Origin: an uncultured Veillonellaceae bacterium | GTDB lineage: Bacteria > Bacillota > Negativicutes > JARBTT01 | DNA length: 64,000 nucleotides | Reading direction: 5' to 3' | Assembly: GCA_963805085.1 (NCBI GenBank) | Contig: CAWDTA010000002.1 | Coordinates: forward strand, 384,001-448,000 | In this document: positions 56,824 through 64,000 of the stretch, one piece after another | How positions within the stretch are numbered: the stretch's first letter is position 1 | How the letters are laid out: each line of letters begins with the position of its first letter | Notes under the pieces: generated by a model | Databases searched by the model: none | The model's input: the letters and a program-made list of their open reading frames with translations, nothing else | What the model was told of the DNA's origin: nothing | Program-made: the position numbers and the translations under genes

Positions 56824-59652
56824 TTACAATTCATCTTTTACTACATTATTCTTCATTGGTAAACTGCTTAAAAAATAACAGATTTCAGCATCTGATACTT
56901 CGAGCAATAATTTAACGCCCTCACCTTGTACAATCTTTTTCAAGTATAAGAATTCGCTTTGCCGTTCAATTTGTATTTGCTCACTCCAGTCTGGTGTTTG
57001 CAATGCTTGATTGGCATGAATTCTATCGAACATACATGCTGCATGTAGATAAATACGAATCGTAGCATCCTGCGTTATCATTCCATCAAAAAATACTTGT
57101 GATATTTTTTCTACAAGATTTTTACAACAGAGACTTACCTGTTTCACCGATAAACTTTTTACAAATTTACTTAGTTGCCCTGCTAACAATTCATAGACAT
57201 CTAGCACGGCTATCTCCTGCTTATTTGGCAGTTCGCCATCAAGTGAATCTGCACTTAATAAGGTTTCAATCTGTTTTAATCCTTCTGTAGAAAATAACTC
57301 AATCACATGGATGAAGGGAACCGTTTCGATCTTCGGATCAATACTGCCAACGATTAATTGTAATTCATTGCCTAGTTTTTTCTTGATTTCTTCCACATCA
57401 CTCATGGCTCCAGCAGTAATAAAATGCATTCCTTTCATCATTGGAACATTGCTCAATAAAATTTCTTTGATCTTGGTCGCAACACCTTCGCCACTCGCAC
57501 AGGTAACCAAAATGGTGCCTTTTGCCTCCACAGTATGATTCGTATGATGCCTTCGCTGACGTAATGTCATCATATAATCATCATAAGCATGATAAATATT
57601 AGCCACTGCCTGCTCTAAGTTTTCATCTGTTGTTAGAACGCGTCTGCCTGTTTCCAATACCAATGCTGTCGTCACATTTGGAATAATTCTGATTGGTATA
57701 TTTGTTTCTTTGACCAGCATATTTTCCATCGTGACCAAAAATCCCATATCCACCAGTAAAATGACACCACTGCCTTGATTATTTTTTAAAATAACCTCTT
57801 GCAATTCTTTCACTGTTTGCGCATTACTTCTATTTAATGGAATATCATAAGCTTTTACATGATCAGTCCCCAGTAAATTATTAGCAACCTCTGCCATACT
57901 TTGCGCTGTTCCTCGCCCATGTGCTGCAATGACCATTCCAATCCTCGGTTTCAAGAGGTCATTGGAACCGTGAATTAAAAACATAGCAATAAAACCCAAC
58001 TCATCTGGTGATATTTTAATTTCAAGTCTGTTAGATAACATCTCTATATTATCTACTACTACTTGAAAATCTGTTTCATGCTCTGTTTTAATCATTTTTA
58101 GATTTGGATTATAAATAACTCGCCCAGAAATAACACGTTCTTTAAATTGTTGTAAATGGAGCGCCAATGCAACCAATGTTTTTCTGCCGTATTTTCGTTT
58201 AAGCTTACTGGCTGCATCATTTAATAAATCATTTGCTGTTTCCCATATGCTTTGGTCTATAATACTAATTGGCATATCAGCTGCATCTGCTTTTGATAAA
58301 GATTGCGCTACCGAACCAAAATATTTTTCTAAATCTTTACTAACTTGTAATTCCACTGCTTCATCAGACATGTTCATTTTACGATAACTGCTAATTTTTT
58401 TATCTACATAGCCATATAAATCACTATGCAAATCATAATCATTGACTCCCCCATGCATAATCAATTGTCCATCAGGCTCAATAAAGATTCCTTCTTTAAA
58501 TAGTTTATTAATCGAACTATCAAGTACAGTTTGATTTCTCACCATAGAGAAAACACGCTGCGGGATCGTTTCAACATCTACAATTAATTTATCATGAGAA
58601 GTTGCCAAGCAAGATAAATAGCTTTTTGCACAACATAATTGCAAGTCATTACGCAATTCCCCAATATTAGCTGGACAGTTATAATGTGTAAACGTTTCTA
58701 AGGCTTGACCTGAAACTAAAATAGGTATTCCTAGCCGAATTGCTTCTTGGCGTACAAAATGAATAATCAAATGAATTCTTTCACTGACAGGTCGTTCACT
58801 AATCCTTGGCAAAGTAATTTGTACAGGAATCCTTCTCCGGAAGGTCATCAATAGCGAACTTGAAATATCTTCTGAAGTAGCACCAATAATCATCAATTGC
58901 GCTTTTCTTTCTTCGCGTGTTTCTCCTAGACGGCGATAAATTCCCTTGTCAACCAACATAAATAATAGTTCTTGCCCCGTTGAAGGCAATCGATGAATTT
59001 CATCTAAAAATAAAATTCCACCTTTTGCCCGATCTACCACGCCTTCATGATCTTCATTGGCACCTGTAAATGCACCTTTTACATAACCAAATAACTGCGC
59101 CAGTAAAAGCTGCGCATTATCGGCATAATCGGCACAACAAAAGGTAACAAAGGGTACCACTTTTCCATGTTGCTCTACACTTGCCCACATTTCTTTTGCA
59201 TAATCCCACATCGCTTCTGCCAATAAATTTTTACCAACACCACTTTCACCACAAATCAATGTATGTAATCCATTAGGCGGGTATACAATTGCCGCTTTTG
59301 CCAATTCAATTTGCGCTTTGATACTGCCTTCACTGCCAACAATCCCAGCGAAAGCCATTGGTTTTTCTTTAGTTAAAGTTTTCTTTAAATTCCGACTTTT
59401 TTCATTAAAATGTATCTCTACCTTACTATCACGCTTCATCTTTTGAGCACTTTTACCGACCGCATAATACAATACCGGTCTAGTACCCATTTTTTTTATG
59501 CATCCTAATTTATATAATTTATTAAGATCTGCCGATGCATCACTACGATGAATATCAAGTTCCAGTGCTACTGTAGCTGCATTAACACCCTTTTTAGCCA
59601 TTTCATCCGTACAGTTCTCCACGTACTCCATTACCCTATCAATTCTAGCCAT
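56824..59652 (-). CDS. LevR-type sigma54 activator with PRD, EIIA-Man and EIIB-like domains
   Basis: GESGVGK, GAFTGA, FLDEIH; LALHL (PRD); AHGRGTA; TCASGEG; YLHAAC. Confidence 0.92.
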   Translation of the reverse strand: MARIDRVMEYVENCTDEMAKKGVNAATVALELDIHRSDASADLNKLYKLGCIKKMGTRPVLYYAVGKSAQKMKRDSKVEIHFNEKSRNLKKTLTKEKPMAFAGIVGSEGSIKAQIELAKAAIVYPPNGLHTLICGESGVGKNLLAEAMWDYAKEMWASVEQHGKVVPFVTFCCADYADNAQLLLAQLFGYVKGAFTGANEDHEGVVDRAKGGILFLDEIHRLPSTGQELLFMLVDKGIYRRLGETREERKAQLMIIGATSEDISSSLLMTFRRRIPVQITLPRISERPVSERIHLIIHFVRQEAIRLGIPILVSGQALETFTHYNCPANIGELRNDLQLCCAKSYLSCLATSHDKLIVDVETIPQRVFSMVRNQTVLDSSINKLFKEGIFIEPDGQLIMHGGVNDYDLHSDLYGYVDKKISSYRKMNMSDEAVELQVSKDLEKYFGSVAQSLSKADAADMPISIIDQSIWETANDLLNDAASKLKRKYGRKTLVALALHLQQFKERVISGRVIYNPNLKMIKTEHETDFQVVVDNIEMLSNRLEIKISPDELGFIAMFLIHGSNDLLKPRIGMVIAAHGRGTAQSMAEVANNLLGTDHVKAYDIPLNRSNAQTVKELQEVILKNNQGSGVILLVDMGFLVTMENMLVKETNIPIRIIPNVTTALVLETGRRVLTTDENLEQAVANIYHAYDDYMMTLRQRRHHTNHTVEAKGTILVTCASGEGVATKIKEILLSNVPMMKGMHFITAGAMSDVEEIKKKLGNELQLIVGSIDPKIETVPFIHVIELFSTEGLKQIETLLSADSLDGELPNKQEIAVLDVYELLAGQLSKFVKSLSVKQVSLCCKNLVEKISQVFFDGMITQDATIRIYLHAACMFDRIHANQALQTPDWSEQIQIERQSEFLYLKKIVQGEGVKLLLEVSDAEICYFLSSLPMKNNVVKDEL

Positions 59653-59754
59653 TACCTGTACTCCTTAATTTTCTTTCGATGCAAAACTTCTATTTTCTTT
59701 ATAATTTAACATCGCAATATTTAATCCTGCCAAGGCATGTCTATTACCAATATT

Positions 59755-60804
59755 TTATTTATCATGTAAACTTATGCTATATTCTTCTGCTATCATCTCT
59801 AGCTCTCGTATTAATTCTTTCGAAAGCAAAATACCATTTTGTGTTAAATTCTTCTCTAATCGCTGTTCACGTTCACCAGGTAAGTATATTTCATTTACGC
59901 CTTCTGCTTTCTCTGTATTTTTAATCCCCTGACAAAACATTTCTACACGCGCATAATAGGATTCTAATGATAGAAATGCATCTGCTTTTATTAGAATAAA
60001 CAAATGTCCAACATTAGCTTCTTTTTGTCCATTCGCATAGGCCGCAACCTCTGGTCCAAACGCAGCATTCGTAAGTACACCGCTGAGAAGATCAACTGCC
60101 ATAGACAGCGCATAACCCTTAGGTCCTGCCATTGGTAAAATCATCCCTAATAAAGCTTCCTTCGGATCGGTGGTTGGTCGTCCTTTTTCGTCCATAGCCC
60201 AGCCTGTTGGTATCGTTATCCCCTTTTTTTCGGCGGAAATAATTTTACCACGAGCGACAATACTAGCTGCTAAATCCATAATAATTGGATCTTTATCCTT
60301 TCGGGGAAAGCCAAATGCAATTGGGTTTGTCCCTAAATAAGGTTTTTTACCACCCCAAGGGGCAAGCGCCGCTAACGAATTTGTCAATCCAATGCTAATG
60401 TAGTTTTGTTGTGCCGCAATATCACAATAAAATCCAGCCGCACCAAAATGATTGCTATTTTTTACCCCAACCGCACAGATACCAAATTTCTCAACTACTT
60501 GCATAGCCTCTTCTATTGCTCGGCTCATCACCACCGCACCAAGTCCATTATCACCATCTACCACGAGCAGTGCTGTCCATGGATTTTTTATCTCAATTTT
60601 AGGCATTGGATTTATTGTATTGTTCTTGATCCTCATAAGATATCTCGACAATCGACTAACACCATGCGTAGAAATGCCCCATAGTTCCGCTTTTAATAAA
60701 TTATCAGAAACTTTATGACTATCAGCTATTGGTACTCCAACTTTACAAAATGAACTAGCCATAAATTTCTTTAATTCTTCTTTAGAAAATATCATGTCAT
60801 TCAT
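59755..60804 (-). CDS. Ldh_2 family oxidoreductase (Mdh/ComC/DlgD-like)
   Basis: THGVSRL, DGDNGLG, NSNHFGA, GTNPIA, KGYAL, LPGERE. Confidence 0.9.
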   Translation of the reverse strand: MNDMIFSKEELKKFMASSFCKVGVPIADSHKVSDNLLKAELWGISTHGVSRLSRYLMRIKNNTINPMPKIEIKNPWTALLVVDGDNGLGAVVMSRAIEEAMQVVEKFGICAVGVKNSNHFGAAGFYCDIAAQQNYISIGLTNSLAALAPWGGKKPYLGTNPIAFGFPRKDKDPIIMDLAASIVARGKIISAEKKGITIPTGWAMDEKGRPTTDPKEALLGMILPMAGPKGYALSMAVDLLSGVLTNAAFGPEVAAYANGQKEANVGHLFILIKADAFLSLESYYARVEMFCQGIKNTEKAEGVNEIYLPGEREQRLEKNLTQNGILLSKELIRELEMIAEEYSISLHDK

Positions 60805-60865
60805 AAAAATAACCTTCTCTCTAATTTTCACAAAGAATTACAGCTTGCAAATATACCATTATACA

Positions 60866-60908
60866 GCGGGCTAGTAATAATCAAAATAATTGATTATTAC
60901 TAGCCCGC
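60866..60908. repeat. Perfect 19-bp inverted repeat
   Basis: gcgggctagtaataatcaa-aataa-ttgattattactagcccgc. Confidence 0.9.
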
Positions 60909-60920
60909 GTCATTTATATT

Positions 60921-61751
60921 TTATTTAATAAGCCCTAATGCTCCACCTGCTAATGCAAAAACAAACAACGCTAAGAGTACATTTACAACACGATACCCAC
61001 GCATAATTGCCTGCCAACTTACGATCGTAATTGCCAGTGGTAATGCTTTTGGTACAATTTTATCCATCATATCCTTGATTGCGATTTCCTTACCGCCTAA
61101 AACCGGCACCCAAGCAAAATCTACTGTGATAAACTTACATACCATAATTCCTAGAACAAACAAACCCATAATAGAAAAGAAAGTTGTTAGTTTTTTGAAC
61201 AATCCACCTTCTAAAATTGTAGTTACTGCCGAAGTACCTAATTGATACCCTTTTTTAATACTAAGTCTTGTAATCGTATAATCATAACCGAGCATTGCAC
61301 ACGCAAATACAAGTGGCCCCATAATGCTACCAGCAGCTGCCCAGCCTAAACAAATTCCGAGAACAACCGGTTTGTATAACGCACCGGAAATTGTATCACC
61401 GATACCAGCGAGCGGCCCCATTAAAGACGATTTCAAATCAATAATTGTAGATTCATCAATATCGCCACCTTTTGCTTTCTGCTCTTCCAGTGCAATAACA
61501 ATTCCATGAATTACCGCACCCCAGCGAGGTTCTGTATTAAAAAACATCATATGACGTTTTAAACCGGCAACCACTGCTTCCTGATTATTAGGATATAATT
61601 TTTTTAAAATCGGCCCCATCATGGATGCGAATCCACCAGCCTGCATTCTTTGATAGTTATAGGATAAATGGCTCATGATCCACCAACGGAAGATTGCAAA
61701 CTCAATATCCATTTTGGATAATCCCACTTCGGTTATTTTATTATCTGCCAT
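60921..61751 (-). CDS. PTS mannose-family EIID
   Basis: NYQRMQ, RHMMFFNTEP, LMGPLAGIGD. Confidence 0.93.
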   Translation of the reverse strand: MADNKITEVGLSKMDIEFAIFRWWIMSHLSYNYQRMQAGGFASMMGPILKKLYPNNQEAVVAGLKRHMMFFNTEPRWGAVIHGIVIALEEQKAKGGDIDESTIIDLKSSLMGPLAGIGDTISGALYKPVVLGICLGWAAAGSIMGPLVFACAMLGYDYTITRLSIKKGYQLGTSAVTTILEGGLFKKLTTFFSIMGLFVLGIMVCKFITVDFAWVPVLGGKEIAIKDMMDKIVPKALPLAITIVSWQAIMRGYRVVNVLLALFVFALAGGALGLIK

Positions 61752-62521
61752 TATATTTCATCCTCCTCATCATCCACCGCTGCCGATACTTTTTCTGTTG
61801 CTGGTTGCAAAGAAATATAAACATACCCCATAGCTGCACCTAAGAATGCCGCAAATAATAAATTATTCATTCCTGTATAAGCACTAATGGCAAATCCTAC
61901 ACCAAAAAAAACAAGTAAATCTTTACGCGCCATGTATTTTAATAACATTGCAATACCAACTGCTGGTAAAACTTTACCTACGGTATTGAATCCTGCAACG
62001 CCCCAAGCAGGAATTGCTGCAAGAAGTCCTTCAATGACTGGAGGTCCATAATAAGCTGCTAAAAATGCCGGAATACCTCTTACTAGAACCACAACAAATT
62101 GCGAAGGCACTGCCTGCAAAAACATCAACTTTTTTATATCCCCATTTTCCGCACATTTATCCTGTAGCGACGGAATCGCCGAATTGATCGACATGAATAA
62201 AATCCATGCATAATTGCCAATAACCCCTATAGACACTGCCATTACAACTGCTTGTTCTGTACTAATATTACTTTGGATTGCAACCGCAGTTCCTAGTAGT
62301 CCAGCTGAATACAAATCTGATGGATTTGCCCCGCCCGTACTATTCCAACCTAAGAAAGCCACATTAATTGCTGCCCCAATGATCATTCCTTCGACTGGTT
62401 TTCCATAAATTAACCCTACCCAAAAACCTGCCATAATTGGCTCACGAATCAGCCACCATCCTAATGGATTTGAGGAACTTTGCAGCCAGCCTAATATACC
62501 AATCATAATTGCCTCGATCAT
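61751..62521 (-). CDS. PTS mannose-family EIIC
   Basis: EPIMAG..VGLIYG, FLG...GGA.P.D, LPAVGIAMLL. Confidence 0.9.
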   Translation of the reverse strand: MIEAIMIGILGWLQSSSNPLGWWLIREPIMAGFWVGLIYGKPVEGMIIGAAINVAFLGWNSTGGANPSDLYSAGLLGTAVAIQSNISTEQAVVMAVSIGVIGNYAWILFMSINSAIPSLQDKCAENGDIKKLMFLQAVPSQFVVVLVRGIPAFLAAYYGPPVIEGLLAAIPAWGVAGFNTVGKVLPAVGIAMLLKYMARKDLLVFFGVGFAISAYTGMNNLLFAAFLGAAMGYVYISLQPATEKVSAAVDDEEDEI

Positions 62522-62606
62522 AAGTATCTCCTCCTCAATATAATTGCAAAATCTATGTACAGCTGGTGATTCATCGCGATCAATGAACCACCTGACTTCC
62601 TTAAGA

Positions 62607-63089
62607 TTAAAAAGCTACGCTTATTGCACTATAGTTCATTTTTTTATCCTCTGGGGTTGCTTGAAAGAATATTTTTACATCCTCCGCCATTTTTTTTATT
62701 AAATTATTATCTTCCTCATTTAATGTCATGTTTTGATAAACTGCTTTACGCCCTGGCCCTGCACCTAAACCACCAATTTGTAATTCTTCAATCGGAAATC
62801 CTTTTTCCCAGGTTACATGCGTCGTCAAAATATCTTTAAATAAAATCATCGCGTTACCTTCACCCAATTGGTTTTTATTCCAAGCGGCGATAAAACGCTC
62901 AATACTAACAATACTGCATTTTACCTCCGCGGGCGTCGCCATCCGATATATATTACTCATTACTGGATCTTTTGCTAAATTATCATTCACGATAATAATT
63001 TTTGTTGCTTGCGTATCTTTTAGCCATTTCGCGACTACTTGACCATGAATCAGACGAAAATCTACTCTGATTAAAGAAATTTTAGCCAT
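62607..63089 (-). CDS. PTS mannose-family EIIB
   Basis: RVDFRLIHGQV. Confidence 0.93.
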   Translation of the reverse strand: MAKISLIRVDFRLIHGQVVAKWLKDTQATKIIIVNDNLAKDPVMSNIYRMATPAEVKCSIVSIERFIAAWNKNQLGEGNAMILFKDILTTHVTWEKGFPIEELQIGGLGAGPGRKAVYQNMTLNEEDNNLIKKMAEDVKIFFQATPEDKKMNYSAISVAF

Positions 63090-63111
63090 TGTTATGCACC
63101 CTTTCTACCTT

Positions 63112-63543
63112 CTATATTGATAAATCTTCTACCGCACGCAGTTCTTTTAGAATATTTTTACAGCCTGATTGTCCAGCTTGTATTACTGCTTCAGCTAATT
63201 CTTCACCGCACATACTAAACCGTAAAGAGAGTGCTTCAATGAGCATACATAAATTTAATCCAGCAACTGCAATAACCTTATATTGACTCGCTACCGCTGC
63301 TGAAACATTAGATGGTGTCCCTCCAAATAAATCACTCATAATCACTGAACCCTCTGGCATTGTATTTAAAACAGTCTGTACATCGACAATAAAATCGGCT
63401 GGATCCATTCCTGGCATCAGTGACAAAGCCTTAACATTTTCTTGCGCACCGATAATCATCTCAGCACTTTTGATTATCTCTTCGCCAAAACTCCCATGTG
63501 TTATCACAAGAATTCCAGGAACAGCATTCTCTTCTTTTGGCAT
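63112..63543 (-). CDS. PTS mannose-family EIIA
   Basis: ILVITHG, DLFGGTPSN, GLNL.M. Confidence 0.93.
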   Translation of the reverse strand: MPKEENAVPGILVITHGSFGEEIIKSAEMIIGAQENVKALSLMPGMDPADFIVDVQTVLNTMPEGSVIMSDLFGGTPSNVSAAVASQYKVIAVAGLNLCMLIEALSLRFSMCGEELAEAVIQAGQSGCKNILKELRAVEDLSI

Positions 63544-63571
63544 ACAGTTTTCCTCCCTACGCGCCTCTCAA

Positions 63572-64000
63572 CTATTGACGAGCTTTAACAATCGCATCTA
63601 AAAATTCTTTTGTTGCTTGCGTTACTTTGCCATAATCTCCATCTTTTTTATGTGCTTTCGAAATATAACTGCCAACACCAACAGCAACACATCCAGCCTC
63701 TAGCCATTCACCAACGTTTTCTGGCGTCACGCCACCAAAAGGAACAATTGGTGCAGTTGGCATCGGCGCCCGTAGAGTTTTTACATATTTAGGTCCATAA
63801 AATTCTGCTGGAAATAGTTTGATAATGTCAGCACCTGCAGCCATGGAATCTGAAATTTCCGTAGGCGACATCGCTCCCGATACAGTAATGGCCTGATAAC
63901 GATTTGCCATACGAATCATATCTGCACTAAAACTTGAACTTACCAACATTTCTGCTCCAGCCAAAAGAGCCGCACTAGCATTCTCAGCATCTAAAACCGT
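63572..64000 (-). CDS. eda: KDPG/KHG aldolase, 5' end outside window
   Basis: Frame open to the edge: TVLDAE...GA..PTEI, IKLFPA, PFGGV, GVGS. Confidence 0.88.
   Translation of the reverse strand, partial: TVLDAENASAALLAGAEMLVSSSFSADMIRMANRYQAITVSGAMSPTEISDSMAAGADIIKLFPAEFYGPKYVKTLRAPMPTAPIVPFGGVTPENVGEWLEAGCVAVGVGSYISKAHKKDGDYGKVTQATKEFLDAIVKARQ

Overview
Low-GC chromosomal window from a spore-forming Firmicute, probably a Negativicute (inferred from a Selenomonas-type fold-III lysine/ornithine decarboxylase plus yabG, abrB and SPOCS sporulation genes). Most genes lie on the minus strand. The core is the conserved origin-proximal block yaaO-(kinase)-yaaR-holB-yaaT-yabB-rsmI-abrB-metG-tatD-yabE-rnmV-rsmA...yabG. 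Around it are spore-coat genes, cydABDC, a c-di-GMP phosphodiesterase, a SAM-I-controlled metQ-metN-metI-metQ operon, a type I RM locus with rhuM, EamA/regulator/HAD genes and a LevR-type mannose-family PTS cluster. I saw no rRNA, tRNA, CRISPR, transposase or integrase. Strongest leads: (1) a structured ~130-bp TTTAT-bounded element at the same position in the leaders of both metQ paralogs; (2) a dense DnaA-box cluster away from dnaA, ahead of degS-yaaO-kinase; (3) a Gmk-like kinase in the slot normally held by tmk; (4) a small alarmone synthetase with a C-terminal membrane segment behind four 11-bp repeats; (5) a Cys-x-Pro/Tyr/Gly repeat peptide with a RiPP-like WxxPxI leader under a SigK-like promoter; (6) a His/Cys/Asp-rich tandem insert inside a SPOCS domain; (7) two copies of an ERIC-like MITE. 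All family calls come from motif recognition, not database searches.
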